Source: Amoebidium appalachense
Lineage: Eukaryota > Protista > Ichthyosporea
Length of the DNA: 64,000 bases
Direction: 5' to 3'
NCBI GenBank assembly: GCA_963693365.1
Contig: CAVNZM010000005.1
Coordinates: forward strand, 62,001-126,000
Each line of letters opens with the position of its first letter. Position 1 is the first letter of the stretch. Shown here in pieces: positions 52,995 to 64,000 of the stretch. The notes under the pieces are model-generated. The model searched no databases, was not told the origin of the DNA, and saw only the letters and a list, made by a program, of their open reading frames with translations. Both the position numbers and the translations under genes were made by a program.

Positions 52995-55325
52995 AAAAAA
53001 AAACAAAAAAACAAACAAAAAAAAAAACCACCACCACCACCAGGTCCCCCAGTTCCCAATACACTCACATACAACCCAAACACAGTTCTTGTCTGCACCC
53101 AACCTCAGCACTCTTGTCACGCCGTGAGCCCAAAACGGGGTGAGCCCGAGGCAACACACCAATGGCCCGGTGATATGGAAAGGGAGGGTGGGTGGGTGGG
53201 ACGGTGTGTGTATGTGTGTGTGTGTGTGTGTGTGGAGGGGGGGGGGGGGGGATTAATAATAAATATGGGGTTGGCTGTTCAGGTGGTGGGATTGGGAGCA
53301 TACACGGTTGTGTTGAGTTGTGGGGTGTGGCCGGCTCTGATTGGTGGGTAAAGCTGGGGCACAATCCTTGATTGGGTTTTTTGTGTGCGAGGTAAATCTT
53401 AGAGGGTCTTTAGGTGAGCAAGGCATGAATCGAGGGTAAAGGCATCACCCGCTGCAAGGTTTGAAAGGCATCGCCCACGACATGGTGTTAAAGGAAACCA
53501 GTGGCCTACCTTGTGCTGTGGTGTGTCTGGCGGCAGCAGTGTCTCTTTGTAGCGCTCCAGCCGAATGGATGCCGTGCGGTGGGTCCGCAGCAGAGCTCGG
53601 ATGCGCCGTACGGGGTTGGGGTCGGGGGGGGCCTGGCGGGGGGTTATTGGCCATTGTATATGTTGTGGTTGCAAAGGTAGCTGCATCTAATTTGTTGTGG
53701 TTGCAAAGGTAGCTGCATCTAATTGGTTGTGGTTGCAAAGGTAGCTGCATCTAATTTGTTGTGGTTGCAAAGGTAGCTGCATCTAATTGGTTGTGGTTGC
53801 AAAGGTAGCTGCATCTAATTGGTTGTGGTTGCACAGCTAACCTACTAGTATATAGTTGTGTTGCAAAACTGCATTTGTAGAGAACTTTGCAACATGGGGT
53901 GGGTGGGGGTGAGGGGGGGGGGGGGGAGGGGGGGGGGGGGGGGGGGAGGGGGGGGGGGAGTGGGGTCCGGGTCGGGTGACAGGCAAAGGGTGGGAGGGAG
54001 AACCGTGCTTATATGCTGCACCTTTATAGGCTCACGGGAGTTTAGAAGGGAGGAAGGGGGAGGGGAAGAAAGGTACCGAGAGGGAGGGGTGGAAAGGGTG
54101 GAAAGGGTGGAAAGGGGGGGGGGGAGGAGGGGGGGGCAGACCGGTGCCGGTGGGTGGCGATTGGTTGGTGGGGCAGAGGCAGGTCGGGTGGTCGGTGGCG
54201 GCTGGGGGGCTGTGGAGTGGGCTTAGCATTCCATTGAAGGTCTATCTGCATTCCATTCAGGGTACACATGCATTCCATTAAGCGCCTATCTGCATTCCAT
54301 CTGCATTCTTCATCTACGGCACATCTCTCCACAGCAGCCAGCGTATTGGTCCTTTCCCTTTTCAGAATGATAATCTGAGCCACATCTCCACCAATGCCAT
54401 GCGTGCTCTCACTTAAACCCCCCTCTCTCCCGGCTTCCAACAACCCCTCCAACTCCTTCCCGTCCCCCCCCCCTCCGGGAGTCCCTGTCCCCCCCCCCTT
54501 CCCCCCTCCCACACACACACACAAACCCCTCACCTCCCCAATCCTTTAGGAGTCCTCTCCCTCCCCCCCCCCCACCCACGCACCCACCTTTGACTGCTGC
54601 AGCCGCCTTCCCCATTTGCATGCCGCCCAGTGTCCCCCTGCATGCCGCCAGGGCGCCAATGATCTGCAGGGCGTCAAACAGGGCACTGGTAGCCCCTGCA
54701 GCCAGTGCACCACTGCTGATGTGTTCCAGCCTGACCCCCAGCAGAGCCTCTAGCCCCGCCACCACCACGGCCATGCCCTCAATGCTGCTCTCTGCTTGGG
54801 CCACTTAGTAAGTTGTTTCCCCTGGGGGAAAAACCTCCCCCCACCTCCGCCCCCCTCCCTCTCCCCCCCTCCCCCCCCTCCCCAACCGCAGCCACCAACC
54901 CTGGCTGTGTGCTAGTGTTCTCTGTGTGCCCTCCCACCTGTCCCATTCCTCCTTACTGCCTAGCCGGTCCCCACACCCACCTCCGTCACCAAAAAGAAAC
55001 GAGTGAATACAAAAAAGCCTTCCCCCCCCCCCCCCCCCCCCCCATCCCCCCCCTCCATATTGCACCATGCTCACGACAGGCAAGCACTCTGCAGCCATAC
55101 GATCCACCACCCCCTCTTACACTTCACATGTTTGTGCCGGTCTCACAAATCGTGCACTTATAATGTGCTAATAGAGTGATACATATGATTTCCATCCCCC
55201 CCCCCCCCCCCCCCCCCCTTTTTCCGGCTCCAAATTCCACAAACACACTCCCCAATACACAAACATGCACACCTGTGCTCACATACACGCTTCGCAATTG
55301 CGCGCGCGCGTGCCGCACACACACA

Positions 55326-55381
<56 letters not shown>

Positions 55382-55773
55382 GACCCATCCACCACCCACC
55401 CACACACATTCACACATGTGTGCGCCCGTGCGCGCGCACACACACAAACAGACACACGTACACCCCCCCCCCTCCCCGAACCCCCTAACCACCACCACCT
55501 CGCAACACACCCATCCACCCGTCCACACATACACACACCCACACCCACACCCACCCGGCATTCAACAGCCCACACAAACGCGCATGTGCGTCCGCACACA
55601 CACACACGCACACACACACATCAATCCAGCCAGCCAGCCACCCACCCAACCACCCATTGATGCACACATACACACACCCCACATCCCCACCCACCCACCC
55701 ACCCACTCACACAAACACAACACAAACACACACGCGCACGCACACATACCCGCACCCACACCCACACACAGAC

Positions 55774-55805
<32 letters not shown>

Positions 55806-56660
55806 ACCCCCCCACACACACACGCACCTGGCACGCTGCACCCCTGCATGGCGGCATACAGATAGGCCACCAGCTGTGGGCCCTCACCCTCCGCCCTGAC
55901 CCCACACTGCTCTGCTGCCCACTGCCCTACGGCCTGCACGTCATGGGGGGTGGGCTCTGTGGAAGAGAAGGGGGGAAGAGAGGGGGGGGGGGGGGGGGGT
56001 TGGAAGGGGGTGAGCTGAGGGGATAGGTTGGATGTTGGGGAGTTGGGCTGGAAACGGAGTTGGGGGGCATTTCAAGAAAGGAACAGACAGATGTGGGGTG
56101 GGGGGTGGGTGTAGTAAAGGGGTGGAAGTGGGGGAGGGTGGGCTGGGTTGGGTGGGGGGTGTTTTTCTTTGTTTTTTTGGGGGAGGGGAGGGGGGGGAGG
56201 GGTGTAAGACATCATTCTAATATGAGAATTCCTGTCTCGCCTGTTGGTGTGTGCGTGCCTGCGTGCGAGGGCCCATATGTGCTTGCACGCGTGCATCCTG
56301 CTGCATTATCGTGCCGTTTTTAGGCTTCCTTTATCAGTGACACGTCAAAAGAGGGCGGTGGATGGGACCTGTTGAAGCAGTCGCCTGCCAGGATCCCAGA
56401 GCAAACACAAGGTGGCGAACGGGAGCTAAGACGTCACATCACGTGTGTGCGCGCGCGCGGGTGTGCGTGCGGTCATGTATGCTTGCGTGTGGGTGTGTGT
56501 GACCGTGCGTGTGTTGATGGGAGAATCAGCATCGCTTTCTTCTCCGGCCACCGGGAATAGGAGCTGTTTGAAGAGGCTCACTGAGTAGGGTAACGGGAGG
56601 GTGTATGGCAGGGAGGAAACCTTCTGTGTCGGGCAGCAAGCCCACACCGGGTAGGTCCAT
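52076..56660 (-). CDS. Putative CEP95-like protein (N-terminal calponin-homology-like domain, C-terminal coiled coil); middle exons unresolved
   Basis: In-phase exons 56660-56621 (Kozak CAGCCATGG), 55956-55828 ([17 protein letters not shown]) and 54803-54588 ([20 protein letters not shown]...[11 protein letters not shown]). Further exons 53632-53510, 52894-52835 and 52159-52076 ([19 protein letters not shown]). The resemblance to CEP95 is from memory and was not searched. Confidence 0.5.
52220..52348. repeat. (ATT/ATC)n trinucleotide microsatellite
   Basis: Direct reading. Confidence 0.95.
53660..53835. repeat. 32-bp minisatellite (about 5 copies)
   Basis: TTGTGGTTGCAAAGGTAGCTGCATCTAATTKG repeated, just upstream of a minus-strand acceptor. 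Confidence 0.9.
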
Positions 56661-57070
56661 GGCTGAGGCACAGCCACAGTGCTGCGGCTGGTATCCCTCA
56701 CCATTGCATGACCATTCCTTGCAGCTAGCTCTCAGGAGACAGCCAGGTGGAGTGATAGGTCACTGCTGGCTGGCGGGTTGGCGGGCCCTTGCAAATGGTT
56801 ACTTAGCTCTCTCTGCTGCTGTGAAGATGTGATATTGTTCTTATGCGTGATACCCTAAGCGCAATATGTACATAGCTGCTTTCAAACCTGAGCTAATAGC
56901 TGTTCAACTGCTGTCTGATTACTGTGGGCCCCACCCAGATTCCAAGCCTTGTGCCTGTCCCGACCAGACTCTGACTGCGGGCGATTTGGCGCGAAACGAA
57001 GTACCAATCAGTCAGCAGTAATATGATGGCATTAATCTACATTCCATTTAGCGATCCGAAAGCCACGGTC

Positions 57071-57476
57071 CAGGGTTGGGCTGGGGTTGGCCAGCTTAAC
57101 CGTATTGTCCTTTGGCTAATCGTAAAACAGTTTCTTAATCGTAACGGGGGGGTTCTTGGGGATCTGCAAGCCCAGCTAATGACGCCCCTTCAGTCACAAA
57201 ACTCAAAATACGCGTTTTTACAAATTAGGTATCACAAAATTACAAGCCCTGGACACCTGTCGGGGCTCGATATTGCTCATGAGAAGCGCTGTAGATATGT
57301 TCTTGAACAGAATTATTGAAAAAATTAGGTACAGTTAGATATTAGGGGGCCTTAAAGCGTTTATAATGCTATACATCTGATACGAAAGCTGTTACGACGG
57401 CACCCTAACCTTATTCGTATCGGGGTCTTTCGTTAATCGTAATTACGACGATTTTTTTTCGTAATCCCCCCCCCTG
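57071..57476. mobile_element. Non-autonomous hAT-like element (406 bp) with 8-bp TSD
   Basis: Termini CAGGG...CCCTG. CCACGGTC is duplicated at 57063-57070 and 57477-57484. Subterminal TAATCGTAA/TTACGACG motifs occur at both ends. Confidence 0.8.
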
Positions 57477-57794
57477 CCACGGTCCAGCGTCACTGTGACG
57501 AGCTGCCTGCCTGCGGTACGTGCCGGTTGAGTAGTAGTGCGTAGTAGGGCGTAGTGGTGCCCGGCCGCTTACGTAAGCCAGTGGGTACATAGCCTTGGAG
57601 ACTACTTACTCACCGTGCCACACAACTGGCACTGCATGGCCCTCTGAACGACCGAAGGAGCTGAAAGGTTGATGTGCAATACAAGGCCCGCGAGGCTCAC
57701 ACTACACCACGGGCACGGGGACCACCCATGCAGGGACGGGGGTCCAGAAACTTTACAGGTAGGGGTGGGGGTTGGAGTGTGGGGTGGGGTGGGT

Positions 57795-57825
<31 letters not shown>

Positions 57826-58117
57826 TGAGAGGCAGACATGTGTATGTGCCACACATGATGATACATAGGTGGTCGGGTTCACACTTTACCGAGAGTCTGA
57901 AAGATGCTACCGGTTCTGACAACTTCCTGGTACCGGCTTTACCGGTACGAAATACGGAAGGCCGGAGTTCACTTCCCCTCCCCCCCCGGCCCCCAACTCC
58001 ACACACACACACCTCTTTTGATTTCCTTCCCCTCCCCCTCAAGAACACACAGTCACACACACACACACACACACACAAGGAGGTGTGTGTGTGTGTATGG
58101 GGGGGGGGGGGGGGGGG

Positions 58118-59568
58118 TTGAATTCGGAACGCGGTACGAAGTTGCACGCATTATACGATGAGAAGCATGGTGCAGGACACATGCAAAGGCAAACATTCAA
58201 GTATGCACTATCAGCCATTCGCACAGTAGGGGTACCGGTCATAAGCAGAGCCCATCCTCAGGGAGGGCCCAAGTCATCAATTGCGTCTGAGTTTCGACCC
58301 CTTAGCCCGCGTATATGTGACTCTCCAACTCAGACAGCAGCATCAACTGAACTTGGGAGGGCCAACCCGTCTTGATCAAAGACGAGCAGGGTTGCTTATG
58401 CAAGCAAGGTGAGCAAAACGGTGAAGATGTGTGTGCAAACTAAAGCAGTGCAGCGAAAAATGCGTATGTGCTCACAGATGCACGACACAGAGCAACCATA
58501 CCCGGTTGCATGGAAGTAAAGCGGTCTCCACACAGTGTTCTGTCCTGAAAGGACACCTCTGAAAGAAGACTGGGGGGGTTTGAATGTGGAACACGGTACG
58601 AAGTACGCATACACGATGAGAAGCATGGTGCAGGACAAATGCAAAGGCAAACATTCAAGTATGCAACATCAGCCCTGCGCACAGTATGCGTCATAAGCAG
58701 AGCCCATCCTCAGGGAGGGCCCAAGTCATCAATTGCGTCTGAGTTTCGACCCCTTAGCCCGCGTATATACGACTCTCCAACTCAGACAGCAGCGTCAACT
58801 GAACTTGGGAGGGTCAACCCGTCTTGATCAAAGACGAGCAGGGTTGCTTATGCAAGCAAGGTGAGCAAAACGGTGAAGATGTGTGTGCAAACTAAAGCAG
58901 TGCAGCGAAAAATGCGTATGTGCTTACAGAGGCACGACACAGAGCAACCATGCCCGGTTGCATAGAAGGGGGGGGGGGGTTTGAATGCGGAACACAGTAC
59001 GAAGTATGCATACACGATGAGAAGCATGGTGCAGGACACATGCAAAGGCAAACATTCAAGTATGCAGCATCAGCCATGCGCACAGTATGCGTCATAAGCA
59101 GAGCCCATCCTCAGGGAGGGCCCAAGTCATCAATTGCATCTGAGTTTCGACCCCTTAGCCCGCGTATATACGACGCTCCAACTCAGACAGCAGCATCAAC
59201 TGAACTTAGGGTGGGTCAACCCGTCTTGATCAAAGACGAGCAGGTTTGCTTATGCAAGCAAGATGAGCAAAACGGTGAAGATGTGTGTGCAAACTAATGC
59301 AGTGCAGCGACAAACGCGTATGTGCTTACAGATGCACGACACAGAGCAACCATGCCCGGTTGCATGGAAGTAAAGATGTCTCCACACAGTGGTCTGTCCT
59401 GAAAGGACACCTCTGAAAGAAGACAGGGGGGGTTTGAATGCGGAACACAGTACGAAGTACGCATACACGATGAGAAGCATGGTGCAGGACACATGCAAAG
59501 GCAAACATTCAAGTATGCAGCATCAGCCATACGCACAGTATGCGTCATAAGCAGAGCCCATCCTCAGG
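58118..59568 (-). mobile_element. Head-to-tail array of four subfamily B retroposon units separated by short C tracts
   Basis: Units 58118-58571, 58579-58967, 58980-59425 and 59433-59568. On the minus strand each ends (C/A)ATTCAA(A) followed by C7 or more. Confidence 0.9.
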
Positions 59569-61346
59569 GAGAAGGGGGGGGGGGGGGGGGGAGGGGGGGC
59601 AACTCTGGTGCCTCAGCCGAGAGATGGCTGTGGCTTGGAAGGTGCTTCGTTCCCATCTTTACTCATATAACACCCTGCACGTGAGAGTTCTGCTACCACT
59701 TGAAAGCTGTTTGTTCAACTGTAAAGACTTTGGGTCGGGGCTTTGTGTGTATGCAAGGCATTAGAGCAGAGGCTCTCGGGTTCATTAGTCTGCGTGCTCT
59801 TGTCACATACGTTCAGATAAGCGCCTGCTGCTAGGAGAAAAGAAGCAGTGGTCTGCACGACCCGATGCTAAAAGTGTCGATCTGTCCGGGATAGTCTGAC
59901 AGGGATGTGGAGCGGGGGTGTGGGAAAGATGTGCGCACAAACTGGGGGCCCCAGAACGATGAACAAGCGTGTTTGCACCCACGTTTATTGAACAGCACAC
60001 GGTGGGCTTGCTGGTCCTCATCTGTCCCAGGCAACCACAAAAGTGTTAGCCACAGATCAGGGGCAGCAAAACAAAAACAATCACAGTGCAATTTTAGGTA
60101 CAAACAGAAAGATTGTACACCTGCCCAACCTCACCAACACCCGTTCCCACACGCACACTACTTCCCCCCCCCCCCCGGCCCCCCCCCCCCACCTCCCTCC
60201 CCTCCTCCAGACACAGACACACAGGGGCCTCAGATTACTAAAGGTCCATCGTCCTCGCACCGCCTTGCACCCTGCCCCTCCGTCCGCTCGCTGCCTGCGT
60301 GCACGGGCCGACCGCTGCCATACCACCCCGCCATTGTTGTGTTGGTGATTACGCCACGCCCAGGCCTTTGGGCGGGCGCCTATAAACCGAACACGTTTCT
60401 GTGCGTCCCGTCTTTACAGCGCGTGCGTAGTCAGACAAGAGGCACCCGCCAAGATTGACGAGCGTTGGTCAGTTGCCGGCCGGCCCCGCAGCCATTTCGC
60501 CGTGGCTGTGTGAACTCAGACAGTGACCCTTGCGGGTAACGGGCGGGGAGGCAGGAGGCAGGTGCTCGGACCAGAGTTATCCATCATAGGCCCAGGACAC
60601 AACACAGCCAGAGAACAGATCTAGGTAAGTAAATATGCCTGATGCATCGGTTTATTCGCGGTGGATTGCCCACCTTTTAGGTAGCCTCGGCCCATATGCG
60701 ACTAGTCCTCCTGATCACAGTTCCGTTCTAGCTACAACCTGTAACGCGTAATCCCCTCCCAACCCAACTTCAACAGTTTCCACCCTTTACAAGACACTGT
60801 TGTGTTGAACGCACACAAAGTTTTTTGTGATGTGACTGAGATGAGATCTTCCCGCCAAACAGTATTTGTTGTTTTGTTGTGATTGGTTCGGTCTATTTAT
60901 ATGACCGCGTCAATTGGCTGCTGTTTTTAGATTCAGCCTCACGTGGTGCGCTGCATACCGTCATTTGTTGACGAAAAGAGGGTATTCAAGCACCCAGTAC
61001 TCACAAACATGTGCTTTTAGAGGACTAAATGCATTATTTTTAAGCTTTATGAGTGTATTTTTATCAACTCATTTACATGAATTCCCCGTAATATTGCTGT
61101 TGATTTCTACAAGATAGGGGCAAAGTAGGCACTTCCCGCTGATGTTGCGCCTGGACAAAGTTTCAGAAATGGACTCAAGCGTATTACTATATTTGAAAAA
61201 CAGACTGCCTGCTGATTGGCTGTAATTGATCCTGTTGAGGGGGGCAGCGTCCTGTCGCGTGGACCGGCGGCTGCCGCCGGCTGTGTAAAGCGCACGTCAC
61301 ACTTTCAACGTTCCTTTTCCCCTTCCCGCGAAGGCAGAAACACAAA

Positions 61347-63296
61347 ATGAAGTTGGAAGTTTGCACGTTTAGCGGGGCCAAGATCTACCCCGGCCATGGC
61401 CGCCGCTACGTGCGTGTGGACGGGCGCACGGCCAACTTCGTGAACTCGAAGTGCCAGTCGCTCTACCTGCAGCGCAAGAACCCCCGCAAGATCAGGTGCG
61501 TGCGAAGGGCTGGGGTCATGTTTTGCTAGGTGCGCATTGTAATAGGACCTAGTGCTGCTATATGCCAGGCGTTTAGCTACAGAGACAGGCAGGTGCGCGG
61601 CAATATCAGGCTGGAGGTCGACATATGCGGGGGAACGGGACGGGAACTTGTGGTTCGTGGTGTGATGGAAGGTTTGGGCAGCACATTCAAAGTGAGACAG
61701 TCGGGGAAGACCATGGATAGCATGTTTATTTTCCAAACTTGACCGACAGTTATCCACAACAGACATTTTTCTCTAACACAAACCCGTATTTCATTTTTGT
61801 ACCCGTTATTCGGGAAGGAAACAGGACACCTGCGAAGCTCCTGCACATTTTTGCGGACTTCATTTTGCTAGCTCTTCAATACAACTGTTTGGGTCAAAGA
61901 CGGTGTTTTGGAATACGCTCTGTTATGGGCTTTGTGGGGGAACAAACTGGAAGGACAGCAACGGCAAGCATGTTTCTTGCTTGGCGTTGTTCTACGTGAT
62001 ATTATCACCCACCTTAAACTTCGTTCTTGCCGTTGGGCAACACTTCTTTCAACGATTGCCTTCGTTTCTGATGTTTCACGACACATATTTCTGTGTGCCA
62101 ACGGACGGGCGTTCTGCTGCTAGCGCGAGTGTTTGGAAAAGTGACTATTTGTGAGCAAGGCACTCGTTGTCACCCACGTATGATCTTAGGGTTGTGCTTG
62201 GTTGGCTTGAGTGCACGGTATTGCTGTGTGCCTGTGTTGTGTCTGGGTGGCTGTTCTGGTGTGGCTGGGGGCATGTGGTTTTTGGGTAGTGGAGAGAAAA
62301 GTTGTTTTTGTGCAGAGAAGGGTACAGGGGACGGGATGGGGCGGAACATCTATATGTATTACCTACCGAGCGTTGTGGGACGTAGTGGAAGGGTTTGTGC
62401 CTAAAGATTTTGTTCGACGTGCAGGGGAGGCTATGGTGTGCAGAAGTTAGGAACCTGTTGTGTATGGTGGGCTAGTGTAGCAGTGGTTGTCTGGTTCAGG
62501 TAGAGAGCCGTTCCCTGTGGAATTTTTTGCGCTCCTCTCTTTATGTTTGCCTATGGTCACACGTGAGTTGTCGAGTTCTTGCACGTGTGTACTGCCTGTC
62601 CCACCGAATGCTGCATCTCGTGTATGTGTGCTGTGTCCTGTATCTGGACCGTGCTTCGCATCTGTGCCGCACCTTCACACTTCTTGTCTCTTTTCTGGCT
62701 CTAATGGCTGGTTGCAGGATGCATCATTGTTTCAGTTCCTTCCTAACAGCCATCGGAACGCGTCATGCATGTGTGATAGGCACGATGTCGTTTTGGTCGT
62801 GTAGCCCAAACCCACTCTCTCGTGCTTAGATGCGGGGCAACACTGTGTCTGGGGAAGGTTTGGGGGGGAGGAGGGTATTCGTTATTTTTTTTTTTTTTTG
62901 GTGGCCCTGTATACCATGTCTAGTTTATCATTGGCTGTGTGCTGTTGTGAACGTTTCTCCGTTGAGTCTGCGCCCTGCTGGTTTGCTGTGCACCGTGCAC
63001 TAGGTATCTGCTGCATGCCTTCCTGTGTTGCACGGTGTGCGCCTTTCCATTTTGCCCTGCTACCCTGCCCCGTGCTTCTGCACCCACCCTCACATACGTG
63101 TGCTGACCCTTTGGGCCGCAGCTGGACGGTTCTGTTCCGGCGCAAGCACAAGAAGGGTACGGTCGAGGAGGTGGTCAAGCGCCGCACCCGCCGCACGCAG
63201 AAGTTCAGCCGGGCCATCCAGGGTGCCACCCTCGACCAGATCATGGCCAAGCGCAACCAGACCCTCGAGGTCCGGAAGGCCCAGCGCGAGCACCAG
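61347..63296 (+). CDS. RPL24: 60S ribosomal protein L24 (eL24), partial (3' exon(s) beyond the window)
   Basis: Exon 61347-61495 ([26 protein letters not shown]...RKNPRKI) and exon 63122-63296 ([13 protein letters not shown]...[17 protein letters not shown]...RKAQREHQ|GT). Pyrimidine tract at 61311-61327. Confidence 0.95.
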
Positions 63297-64000
63297 GTAT
63301 GCTTGGGCCGGTAGATGTCCGTGGGTTGGAAACTGCTTGTGGGGGGGATTGCACGGCTGTGTGTGTGTTTATGCATGCACGCACGAGTGTTTGTGAGCTT
63401 GCATGGGCAGGCACATGTACTTTGGGTGTATGGGTGTCACATATGAGTGGGATGCCATATGTGTTCGTGGGTTGATGTGTGTGTTTGTGTGTGTGCATGC
63501 ATTGGCAGCCATATGCGTTCCGATTGGATTGGTGCGTGTATGTTTACCTGTTTCACAATGAGGGGTTGGACATGAATAGGTTGATGTGCAGGTGGTGTGT
63601 GTGTGGGGGGGGGGGTTGGCAATGAGGGGGATAGTGGGGTGGTGCTTTTGGGGGGGGAAATCTGGTTGTCAGTGGAAACGTGTCCACTGGCCTGCTAGGG
63701 AGTCATGGTTGGTTCATGTTAATCACGTAGCTGTGTACTCGACGGGATTTTCAGACTGTGTGTGATTTTTTTGTGCACGGGTTTTTCAGGCTGTGTGTGA
63801 TTTTTTTTGTGCGGTTTGGCATTAGCCCTCGCTGAGTGATGAGTTAGTGTGGTTGTGTCGTTTTCAGCTTCTGTTGTACTGTACGCTAGGATGAATGTGC
63901 ATACAGCGGGCTGTCTTCGTTTGCCGGTGGGAGAGACAGATGGGATGGGAGGGGTTTGGTTGTTTGAAACCAAATGGGGTGTGTTGTGCGACACACAAGC

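Overview
Intron-rich, microsatellite-laden eukaryotic DNA, probably an opisthokont and possibly a unicellular holozoan (inference only). Most ORFs in the supplied track are artefacts of (CA)n, (GA)n and poly-C/G tracts. Hand splicing recovers MMAA/MeaB GTPase (10 exons), RPS11 and RPS17 head-to-head, an intronless SH3YL1/Ysc84-like gene with two homopolymer frameshifts, a yeast-type DPM1-like glycosyltransferase (8 exons), a convergent CEP95-like gene and the 5' part of RPL24. Mobile DNA: (i) two near-identical 6.5-6.8 kb TIR elements in tandem, the first with an 8-bp TSD, carrying a spliced OTU-protease/CXC/Myb-like gene but no recognisable DDE core; (ii) about 12 copies, in at least 2 subfamilies, of a ~445-bp, 5'-truncated retroposon whose 3' end always abuts a poly(C) tract, with one clear TSD and an empty-versus-filled site comparison, and whose core folds into a covarying pseudoknotted RNA; (iii) small MITEs. 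A recurring pattern is minisatellites that copy exon/intron junctions. All identifications come from reading the sequence; no database searches were run.
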